A program made the position numbers and the translations under genes. Positions 55,373 through 63,515 of a DNA stretch of 64,000 nucleotides are shown in pieces. Source of the stretch: Candidatus Wolfebacteria bacterium RIFOXYD12_FULL_48_21. GTDB lineage: Bacteria > Patescibacteriota > Minisyncoccia > UBA6257 > UBA9933. Where the stretch lies: positions 1,584 through 65,583 of the forward strand of contig MGIW01000006.1 of NCBI GenBank assembly GCA_001793945.1, in the 5' to 3' direction. Position 1 is the first letter of the stretch; each line of letters opens with the position of its first letter. Under the pieces are notes generated by a model. That model was not told the origin of the DNA and did not search any database. It saw only the letters and a program-made list of their open reading frames with translations.

Positions 55373-56002
55373 TTATCGTTGTGTCGTTTCCGCTTTGATG
55401 ATGGTAAATATGCCGAATACTTTATCGTTCAAATATTGCCAAAAGCGTTTTGCGCGCCTGTAGAACAGGAAGGAGCCCAATAGGGAAAGCAGGAAGAATG
55501 CCAAGACCGTCGGCGTGTAGGCAACGACCAACAGGTAGCCAAGCAATATTGCCTCCAACAGGAGCGCGGTAAACCAACCGCGATACAGATTGTAATATGC
55601 GCTAAAGGTTTCCACCTGGCCCGTTGCATCCTTTCCTATTGCAAACAAATAGCAAAGATTCCATAGATAATCGGCTTTGTGTTCCTGATCGTTTTGTTTG
55701 AAATAGGTTTTTGCTTCTTCGAACAGTTTCTTTTCGTGCGGCAGGTAGCTCGGCGTCGCTTCCCATCCGAGCAAAGGGATCAGCGGGATGTCGCGGATCG
55801 CGTTGGATAGGATCTGTATCAGGTGTCCGGCGAAGTAGGCGATTGCCAACCAAGCCAATGCCGATCCGAGATCGATCACGGGAAGCGGCATGGTGAATAG
55901 GTACGCCGCATCCAATACGACGATGATCGTTGCTATTGCACCGACCATGAGAAAGCTGATCTGATCAAAAAGGCTTGTTCTGGGAAATAGTTTGTGGTCC
56001 AT
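55373..56002 (-). CDS. hypothetical membrane protein
   Basis: 209 aa, 4-5 TM helices. Confidence 0.35.
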   Translation of the reverse strand: MDHKLFPRTSLFDQISFLMVGAIATIIVVLDAAYLFTMPLPVIDLGSALAWLAIAYFAGHLIQILSNAIRDIPLIPLLGWEATPSYLPHEKKLFEEAKTYFKQNDQEHKADYLWNLCYLFAIGKDATGQVETFSAYYNLYRGWFTALLLEAILLGYLLVVAYTPTVLAFFLLSLLGSFLFYRRAKRFWQYLNDKVFGIFTIIKAETTQR

Positions 56003-56114
56003 ATGTTGCTTTATAATCTATATGGGTAAGTATATCATGTTTTTAATTCCTCGCTAACTAATGGGTCTATTGGGTTCGCCAACTATAAAAAACAGCCCAG
56101 TAGGCGGGCTGTTT

Positions 56115-58010
56115 TTAGTTGAAGGTCAGTGCATCAACGATCTCATCGATGTTTGCGGTGGCAACTCCTACCACCTTGTCCGCTCCGCCGTAGTAGATAA
56201 ATAGCTTTTTGCCATTGACGGTGCTTCCGCAGGGGAATACCACATTGGGTATGATTCCGTTCTTTTCGTAATCCGTTTCCGGTGCGAAGATATAGTCGGT
56301 CGTTCGCGCCAGTACGATCATCGGATCGTGCAGATCGAGCAATAGGGCGCCGACTCGATAGATGCCTTCTTCGGAAACGCCATGATAGAGGAGGAGCCAT
56401 CCCTTTGTTGTTTTGATCGGTACCGATGCGATACCGACTTTTCGGCCATCCCACATCCCGCGCCGTGGTCCGATGATTGGCGTGAAGGTGTCTATCTTAT
56501 TAGTATCAAAATCAAGTGATTTGATTGGGTCGAGGCAGATATGCTCATGCGTACGGTGGAACACAAGATAGTTGTCGCCAATCTTTTCCGGGAACAGGCA
56601 GGAATCCTTGTCGTCCACGGTCGCCGGTGTAATGATTGCCGGCCAGGACCAGTTCCAATTCTTTTTTAGAAAATCTGCCGTCGATATGCTTGTTGCCGCA
56701 ACCGCCGGGGAATGGGTGCCATCGTAAGCCGTATAGAACATATACAGCATGTCATCTATCTGGGTAATGCGCGGATCTTCGCACCCTGAGTTTCCCGGAT
56801 GCGTCTTTTTTTCAAACGATTCGCGGGGAACATAGATCGGATGATCAACGCGTTCTGTTATTTTCATGCCATCTTTGCTGCATGCGTATCCCAGTACCGA
56901 TGTATCATCGTCGCCCATGGCGCGATATATGATATGTATCTTGCCTCCGATTTCCACGGCAGTCGGGTTGAATACCGCCTTATTTTCCCACGCATGTTCC
57001 TTGATTGGTTCGAGAATGGGATTCTTTTTATACCGGGTAACCACCGGCTCTTTTTTCATGCTCTTGAGTAGTGCCTCAAGATTCACATCGGCCCGGCAGC
57101 AGGTCGTATCGGTCGCGCCATAATAGATATACAGTTCGTTTCCTTTGATAGTCGCGCCGGATGGGAAGATGACATTTGGGATCTGCCCAAACTCCTCGTA
57201 GGTTTCTTCGGGAATGAGTAATGGACTGTCGGTGCGGGCAATGATCTTTTTGGGATCTTTTAGGTCGAGTAAAAGTGCTTCAATGCCGAAGATCTTGTTG
57301 TCGCTGAAGTAATTCTGAATATGCGAATAGATGACCAGCCAGCCATCTTTCGTCTTAAGCGGCACGGCTCCGATCTCGACTTGATCGCTATCTTTTCTGC
57401 GAACGATCATGCGATGAGATTCTATTTCGTTGTGCCATTTGTCCCAATATGCCGTTGACCATATTTGGTCGATGGTATCGAATTCTGCCAAGGCTATTTT
57501 TACCGGCGGCATATCGGTGTGCGCCGCCAAAAGGGCTACATATTTGCCGTTGATCTTTTCGGGGAACAGCGCCATCGCCTTTGCATTGAAGGGTGTTACC
57601 AAATGCCGTTCGGTGATCGTTTCGAAGTCCTTGGTCATCGCCACGGCGATGCGGATACCTTCCGCACTGAATGGGAATGTGCCGAGCGCGGTATAAAAAA
57701 TATAATAGGTGTCGTCGATCTTCGTGACGCGTGGATCTTCACATCCGTATTTTTCCCACTCATATTTGGGTGTGATCAACGGTTTGCGGGGTTCGTACCA
57801 GTGGCCGTCCTTGCTTACGCCGTATCCGATGGTCGAGAGGCGGAGTTCGTGCCCTTTGATATATTTCATCTCGGACATCGCCCGGTAGACGCAATGGAAT
57901 TTGTTCTTGTCTTGGATCGGGCACCAATTAAAGGCAGCGAATGATTCCCATGGATGGTCTATGGTTGGACTAATGATGGGGTTATAGAGTGAGCGTTTTA
58001 CTACGAACAT
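56115..58010 (-). CDS. GH130-like (DUF377) beta-propeller glycoside phosphorylase/hydrolase-family protein with two tandem propeller domains
   Basis: 631 aa; each half carries GCEDPR(V/I)T..IDD.YY.FYTA motif typical of GH130/GH43-type 5-bladed propellers. Confidence 0.5.
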   Translation of the reverse strand: MFVVKRSLYNPIISPTIDHPWESFAAFNWCPIQDKNKFHCVYRAMSEMKYIKGHELRLSTIGYGVSKDGHWYEPRKPLITPKYEWEKYGCEDPRVTKIDDTYYIFYTALGTFPFSAEGIRIAVAMTKDFETITERHLVTPFNAKAMALFPEKINGKYVALLAAHTDMPPVKIALAEFDTIDQIWSTAYWDKWHNEIESHRMIVRRKDSDQVEIGAVPLKTKDGWLVIYSHIQNYFSDNKIFGIEALLLDLKDPKKIIARTDSPLLIPEETYEEFGQIPNVIFPSGATIKGNELYIYYGATDTTCCRADVNLEALLKSMKKEPVVTRYKKNPILEPIKEHAWENKAVFNPTAVEIGGKIHIIYRAMGDDDTSVLGYACSKDGMKITERVDHPIYVPRESFEKKTHPGNSGCEDPRITQIDDMLYMFYTAYDGTHSPAVAATSISTADFLKKNWNWSWPAIITPATVDDKDSCLFPEKIGDNYLVFHRTHEHICLDPIKSLDFDTNKIDTFTPIIGPRRGMWDGRKVGIASVPIKTTKGWLLLYHGVSEEGIYRVGALLLDLHDPMIVLARTTDYIFAPETDYEKNGIIPNVVFPCGSTVNGKKLFIYYGGADKVVGVATANIDEIVDALTFN

Positions 58011-58012
58011 GA

Positions 58013-58045
58013 GAAAGTAATTTGAAATTTAAAATTCGAAATGAC
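58013..58045. repeat. AT-rich boundary element (gaaagtaatttgaaatttaaaattcgaaatgac) abutting start codon of 56115..58010
   Basis: same family as 7331/7717/15803/60686. Confidence 0.7.
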
Positions 58046-58095
58046 ACACCCTGTCATTTCGATTCGCCAGCTGGCGGACGAGGAATCTGCAGGAT
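58041..58095. repeat. palindromic element fragment (ctgtcatttcgattcgccagctggcggacgaggaatctgcag)
   Basis: direct reading. Confidence 0.7.
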
Positions 58096-58101
58096 GGATG
58101 T

Positions 58102-59958
58102 TTACGCGAGTTTTGTCAGGGTGATGTGCGCCGTTTTGATCGGCACTGTGGTTTCGGGTGTCGATTCTTTCATGACCGCTTCGAGAAACTCGTCGAGTGG
58201 TGCGGTTGCCACACATGCGACACTGTCGGCTCCGCCATAGTAGACAAAGAGCGTATCGTCTTTGATGACACTGCCGCAGGCGAAGACTACGCCACGCTTT
58301 GCGCCCTCGTTTTCGTACCATTCGTTCGGTTCCAACAAGGGGATATTTGAACGATAGAGTATCTTTGTGGGGTCGTCATGGTCCAATATCATTGCGCCGA
58401 CTTTGTACCGATTCGGATCACGCTTGTCCATTGCATGGTAGAGTACTAACCACCCCTCTTTTGTTTTGAGTGGTGGCGTTGCCGCGCCGCGCATAAGGTT
58501 ATCCCATCGTGTCCGGTCTCCACTGCAGGAAAACGGACTTTCAATCGCCATTTCTGCGTCCATCGGGTCGTCGAAGTAATCGATTCGGATCGTAGGATTG
58601 ATGCCGTGCAGAAATGCATATTTGCCGTGGATCTTTTCCGGAAACATGACCCAGTTTTTTTGGATCTGTTCCGGTTTTGATATCAGGATCGGTTCTGCCC
58701 AATTCCAGTTTTTTTCAAGAAAGTCAGATACCGGTATCGAGGTAAGTGCCATTCCGGGCGGATGATATCCGTCGAATGCGGTGTAGGTCATGTAGATCGT
58801 GTCGTCCACCTTGACCATGCGCGGATCTTCGCAACCGCTCCAACTGCCACCCGACATATAAAAGTTCACATAGCGTTCCTTTTTAGCTTTTGGCTCCCCG
58901 TAATGTTCCTTGGCGATATAGACCGGCTTTTCCGACCGTTCTTCAAAATTGATACCGTCTTCACTGGACGCGTGGCCGATATATGACATGCCGTTTGCGC
59001 CGATCGCCCGATAGAGCAGGTGTACTCTGCCATCGAGATAGATGGCCGCGGGGTTGAATGTCGCTTCACATTCCCAATGATTGTCGGGATTTGGCGTGAT
59101 GATCGGATTGGCGGGGTGCCGCACGAGTGCTACCGCAGGTTCCACCGGTTGTGGACCGAACAGGGACACGGGGAGTGTGACGGATATGACCTTATTTTTT
59201 TGCGTTCGCCAGTAGTGTTGGATCTGTCCATTGCGATAGACCGTGCCGAGGGAAACTGCCGGAGCGGATCCCTTTGCAAGTGTGGTTTCCCAAATAGGGA
59301 ATGCCGAGCGCCATATCGGGCGGTAGGGTTGGTCGTATGCAAACAGTGCCGCTCCCATAAGGATATGGTTTGCATTGTGTTCGTAGTCGGTTGCATCGTA
59401 GATTGTCAGGATACCCGCGCTGATCGCAGCGGCTCCGATGACGCTCAGTGTCGCACTGTCGAACTCTTCATTGCGCCTATCGAGCAGGGGGCCGGTGATG
59501 TTCCAGTTTTGAAAATCTTTTGTTGCCGCCGCGCGAATTGAACCGTTTCCAAGATATGCGATAAAGTGATCCTTGTATGCGTGGTTTGGAACAATAACAA
59601 GCGGTTCGTTTGCAAAAGGCGTTTTACTGATGACGCGAAAGGTTGTTAGGTCGCTTGAGGCGGCGACGATCCGTTCTGTTTTATTGCGTATGGTGCGCGT
59701 ATAGGTGAGGTACTGCGTAGGGCCGTCATTTGTGATTTGGAAGTGAGTGGCATGGGTGAGCGGTTCCGGCTCTCCGATTGTCGTAAGAACGGCAACTTCG
59801 TTCGCCAATGCAAAATTTACTCCGTCGGAGGCGGTAAAAAGAAACAGTTTCGTTTTTGAAGCGAGCGGGAGCACATACAGGAGTGCGAGTGTATCACCAA
59901 TAGAGGTGACGGCGACGGAGATCATTTGATTTTTGTCGGGTGTAACTGCTTTTTTCAT
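58102..59958 (-). CDS. GH130-like (DUF377) beta-propeller family protein, paralog of 56115..58010, with distinct N-terminal beta-rich domain
   Basis: 618 aa; C-terminal half has SGCEDPRMVKVDDTIYMTYTAFDG and NWNW motifs shared with neighbour. Confidence 0.5.
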   Translation of the reverse strand: MKKAVTPDKNQMISVAVTSIGDTLALLYVLPLASKTKLFLFTASDGVNFALANEVAVLTTIGEPEPLTHATHFQITNDGPTQYLTYTRTIRNKTERIVAASSDLTTFRVISKTPFANEPLVIVPNHAYKDHFIAYLGNGSIRAAATKDFQNWNITGPLLDRRNEEFDSATLSVIGAAAISAGILTIYDATDYEHNANHILMGAALFAYDQPYRPIWRSAFPIWETTLAKGSAPAVSLGTVYRNGQIQHYWRTQKNKVISVTLPVSLFGPQPVEPAVALVRHPANPIITPNPDNHWECEATFNPAAIYLDGRVHLLYRAIGANGMSYIGHASSEDGINFEERSEKPVYIAKEHYGEPKAKKERYVNFYMSGGSWSGCEDPRMVKVDDTIYMTYTAFDGYHPPGMALTSIPVSDFLEKNWNWAEPILISKPEQIQKNWVMFPEKIHGKYAFLHGINPTIRIDYFDDPMDAEMAIESPFSCSGDRTRWDNLMRGAATPPLKTKEGWLVLYHAMDKRDPNRYKVGAMILDHDDPTKILYRSNIPLLEPNEWYENEGAKRGVVFACGSVIKDDTLFVYYGGADSVACVATAPLDEFLEAVMKESTPETTVPIKTAHITLTKLA

Positions 59959-59984
59959 GCGCGCTTAAATACTTTTGTTGCGGG

Positions 59985-60332
59985 TTATGAAGAAGTTCTT
60001 CCGTATGAGTCTTCGAGTCGCACTATATCGTTTTCATTGAATGCGCCAAAGGCCAGCTCAAGGATGCGAACGGTTTGTTCATTTGCCTTTATGCGGTGGT
60101 GCGTTTTTTTAGGAACAACAAATTCATCGCCTTCTTTTGCGATCGTTTCATTTTCACCAATGATAATAGTCGGATTGCCGTCGAGTACCCTCCAAAATTC
60201 CTCGCGGTCATTATGATATTGCAAGCTCAGTTGCTTGCCGGCAGTAACGGTGACCAATTTGACGGTGCTTGGCTCGTTTACTGTGAACCGACGAAAGGAG
60301 CCCCATGGCCGTTGTTCATCTTGGATATCCAT
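59985..60332 (-). CDS. cupin-domain protein (mannose-6-phosphate isomerase type II C-terminal-like)
   Basis: 115 aa; QRPWGSF...SLQYHNDREEFWRVLDG cupin motifs. Confidence 0.6.
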   Translation of the reverse strand: MDIQDEQRPWGSFRRFTVNEPSTVKLVTVTAGKQLSLQYHNDREEFWRVLDGNPTIIIGENETIAKEGDEFVVPKKTHHRIKANEQTVRILELAFGAFNENDIVRLEDSYGRTSS

Positions 60333-60436
60333 AGTTCAATAGATAAAATTGATATTTTTTCGATGCCTGTTCTATAAGTATACTATATCTGACAGGCAAA
60401 AGAAAAAGTAACATTGACCCGCGATGGGTGGGATTT

Positions 60437-60685
60437 TTATGTCGATCCGATCAGGCACAGTTTTTGTGCGCGGGTCAATGTTTTAATAAAGGCTTCCCGC
60501 TTGAGCGCTTCGTTGCGCGAGGGCGCTTCTTCCGTATATGCTATGCGCTTTGCTCCACGGGCATGGACATATTTTGAGCCTTTGCCCGCGGCGTGTTCGG
60601 CAAAGCGGCGATCGACATCGGTTGCTATGCCTGTGTAGAGGGACCCGTCCGAGCATTCGAGAATATAAACGAAATAACAAGGCAT
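60437..60685 (-). CDS. GIY-YIG nuclease-family protein (UPF0213-like)
   Basis: 82 aa; YFVYILECSDGSLYTGIATDVDRRFAEH = GIY-YIG signature. Confidence 0.7.
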   Translation of the reverse strand: MPCYFVYILECSDGSLYTGIATDVDRRFAEHAAGKGSKYVHARGAKRIAYTEEAPSRNEALKREAFIKTLTRAQKLCLIGST

Positions 60686-60724
60686 AGGGTAATTTGAAAT
60701 TTAGAATTCGAAATTTGAAATAAA
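60686..60724. repeat. AT-rich boundary element (gggtaatttgaaatttagaattcgaaatttgaaataaaag) abutting GIY-YIG start
   Basis: same family. Confidence 0.7.
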
Positions 60725-60759
60725 AGGGGAGGGTCTTAAATTTCCGCAGGCTGTACTTT

Positions 60760-62007
60760 ATGATATACTATTACAGTATGGCCGCAATAGACAAAGATTC
60801 GATCGACAAGCTGTTAAAACAGCCGGAAGAGACCATTTCCATTATTGACCTGGTAAAGAGTCTTATTGAATTTGCCTACGCTTCCCGCGCATCCGACATC
60901 CACCTTGATCCGTCTGAGGATAAGCTTATCGTGCGGTTTCGCATCGACGGGGTAATGCATGATGTTTTTCATGTTCCGAAAGCGATTCACCCCGAGGTTA
61001 TTAGTCGTATCAAGGTGCTGTCCGGTCTGCGCACGGATGAACATCAAATTCCGCAAGACGGGCGTCTGCAATTCATAACATCCGATAAGGTAAAATTTGA
61101 TATTCGCGTTTCCATCGTGCCAACCTACCATGAAGAAAATACCGTCATGCGACTTTTGATCCAAGAGGGTCAGGCGGCGCGTGAACTTGAAACGCTCGGG
61201 TTTTCCGAGCGCGATCTTGGCATCGTGCGAAACGCCATCGCAAAACCGTACGGCATGTTGTTGATCACCGGTCCGACCGGCTCGGGAAAGACCACGACGC
61301 TGTACACGATGTTGAAAAAATTGAACCAGCCCGATGTTTCCATTATTACTATCGAAGATCCGGTGGAGTTTTCACTTGAGGGCGTGGATCAAATACAGGT
61401 AAATGCCCAAACCGGCCTTACCTTTGCAAACGGTCTGCGCGCCATTTTGCGGCAAGATCCGAACATCATCATGGTGGGCGAGATCCGCGATGAAGAGACC
61501 GCTTCCATTGCCGTGAACGCCGCGCTTACGGGGCATTTGCTGTTGTCCACCTTGCACACGAACGATGCCGCCACTACACTGCCTCGGTTACTCGATATGG
61601 GTATCGAACCGTTTTTGATCGCTTCCACCGTGAACATTGCCATTGCCCAACGCTTGGTCCGCAAGATATGCCCAGTTTGCAAGGAAGAAGAAAAATATTC
61701 CGTTTCTGCACTGGAAACGCTTGGTGCCGCTTTTCCGGTAGGCACCATTTCTGCAGATATGAACTTTTTCAAAGGAAAGGGCTGCAAAACATGCAACAAC
61801 ACGGGCTATCTTGGTAGGCTTCCTATCTACGAGGTCATGGATGTGTCCGATGCCGTTCGTGAGGCGATTATCGGTCGCGTGAGCGCCGATGAACTGAAAA
61901 AGATCGCCGTACATGAAGGCATGACCACCATGTTGCAAGACGGCATTCGCAAGTCCACGCAAGGACTTACGACACTTGAAGAAATTCTTCGCGTTATTCA
62001 TGGCTAA
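60760..62007 (+). CDS. pilB: type IV pilus assembly ATPase PilB / GspE family
   Basis: Walker A GPTGSGKTTT, Asp box, His box, tetracysteine CPVC...CKTC motif. Confidence 0.85.
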   Translation: MIYYYSMAAIDKDSIDKLLKQPEETISIIDLVKSLIEFAYASRASDIHLDPSEDKLIVRFRIDGVMHDVFHVPKAIHPEVISRIKVLSGLRTDEHQIPQDGRLQFITSDKVKFDIRVSIVPTYHEENTVMRLLIQEGQAARELETLGFSERDLGIVRNAIAKPYGMLLITGPTGSGKTTTLYTMLKKLNQPDVSIITIEDPVEFSLEGVDQIQVNAQTGLTFANGLRAILRQDPNIIMVGEIRDEETASIAVNAALTGHLLLSTLHTNDAATTLPRLLDMGIEPFLIASTVNIAIAQRLVRKICPVCKEEEKYSVSALETLGAAFPVGTISADMNFFKGKGCKTCNNTGYLGRLPIYEVMDVSDAVREAIIGRVSADELKKIAVHEGMTTMLQDGIRKSTQGLTTLEEILRVIHG

Positions 62008-63094
62008 CTTCATCGCTTCGCTCAATCAATCGTTTACCAATGCATTCACGAGAGTTTCGCTCGCGGAGCGTATTATGTTCGTGAAGCACATGTCCATGAT
62101 GATCCATTCGGGCATGACCGAGGTGGAGAGCTTGCGGCTTATCCGAAGTCAGATTAGGAACAAGGGATTTTTGACCATACTCGATGACATCATCGTGAGT
62201 GTTGAAAACGGACAGGCGCTTTCCACCGCGCTTGCGCGATATAACCGCGTGTTTGGGGACCTGTTTGTCAATATCATCAAAATAGGCGAGCTGAGTGGAA
62301 CGCTATCGGAAAACCTTGACTACCTTGCGCTTGAAATGAGAAAAAACCAGTCGCTTCGCTCGAAGGTACGCGGCGCGCTTATTTATCCGGCGGTCATCTT
62401 TGCAGCCACCATCGGCGTGGTCGGCGGTTTGATCTTTTTCATTCTTCCGAAGATTCTGCCGATATTCAAAAGTCTCAAGGTCACGCTTCCGTTCACGACG
62501 CGCGCGCTGATGGCCGTGTCCGACGCGTTGCGGTCGCATACCATTCTTATCGGAATTTTACTTATTGCCTTTATCGCACTGATGTTCGTCTTGCGGCGCA
62601 TCCCCGCAACGCGCTATATATTGCATCGCGTATTGCTTTCGTTGCCGATCTTCGGGAACATATCCATCGGCTTCAATATGGCAAATATGACGCGCATATT
62701 GGGCATGTTGCTCAAGAGCGGTGAAAAGATCGTGCAGGCCATTTCCATTACCGCGGATGCTTCATCCAACATGGTCTATCGCAAGGCGTTACAGGAAGCC
62801 GTCGTCGAGATTCAAAAAGGAAAGACGCTGTATGCTTATTTTGAAGAGCACGAGCGCCTGTTCCCGCCCACGGTCGGGCGCATGATCGAGGTAGGGGAAA
62901 AGACGGGCAACCTCGACAACAACCTTGCCTACCTTGCCGAGTTTTACGAAAATGAGGTAGACGAGGTGACGAAGAACCTGTCGGGCATTCTTGAGCCGCT
63001 TTTGTTGGTGGTCATGGGTGTTGCGGTGGGGTTTGTGGCGTTGGCGATTATTACGCCGATATACGGAATCACCCAAGGCTTGAAAACCAAATAG
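61976..63094 (+). CDS. pilC: type IV pilus platform protein PilC / GspF family
   Basis: 372 aa, two T2SSF repeats, 3 TM segments. Confidence 0.8.
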   Translation: MKKFFALFMANFIASLNQSFTNAFTRVSLAERIMFVKHMSMMIHSGMTEVESLRLIRSQIRNKGFLTILDDIIVSVENGQALSTALARYNRVFGDLFVNIIKIGELSGTLSENLDYLALEMRKNQSLRSKVRGALIYPAVIFAATIGVVGGLIFFILPKILPIFKSLKVTLPFTTRALMAVSDALRSHTILIGILLIAFIALMFVLRRIPATRYILHRVLLSLPIFGNISIGFNMANMTRILGMLLKSGEKIVQAISITADASSNMVYRKALQEAVVEIQKGKTLYAYFEEHERLFPPTVGRMIEVGEKTGNLDNNLAYLAEFYENEVDEVTKNLSGILEPLLLVVMGVAVGFVALAIITPIYGITQGLKTK

Positions 63095-63130
63095 TTCACA
63101 GGAGATAGTTCACGGTTAATTGGTGAGCAT

Positions 63131-63484
63131 ATGCATAATTTTGAACACTTGGATGTGTATAACAAATCGCTGGATATCGTCAATCGTATCTATGGGGTGG
63201 TTAGGGCGTTTCCGAGAGAGGAGCTTTTTTCTTTATCGGATCAATTTAGGCGCGCTGCAACTTCCATTGTTTTGAATATCGCCGAAGGAAGCGGAAGAAG
63301 CAGAAAAGAATTCGCCCATTTCCTTACCGTATCCAGATCGTCTGCATATGAATGCAGTGCTATCGCCGAGATAGCACGAAGGAGGACATATGTCAGCGAA
63401 ACAGAGTTTAAAGAGCTTTATTGTGAATTGGAAGTGATTATCAAGATGCTTAATAGGCTCAGGCAATCCATCCGTGAACTGTGA
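63131..63484 (+). CDS. four-helix-bundle protein (23S rRNA IVS protein family), inserted between pilC and pilin gene
   Basis: LSDQFRRAATSIVLNIAEGSGRSRKEFAHFLTVSRSSAYECSAIAEI; flanked by inverted agttcacgg / ccgtgaact. Confidence 0.8.
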   Translation: MHNFEHLDVYNKSLDIVNRIYGVVRAFPREELFSLSDQFRRAATSIVLNIAEGSGRSRKEFAHFLTVSRSSAYECSAIAEIARRRTYVSETEFKELYCELEVIIKMLNRLRQSIREL

Positions 63485-63515
63485 ACCGTCGACCGTAAAC
63501 GGTGCCGTAGTTAAT

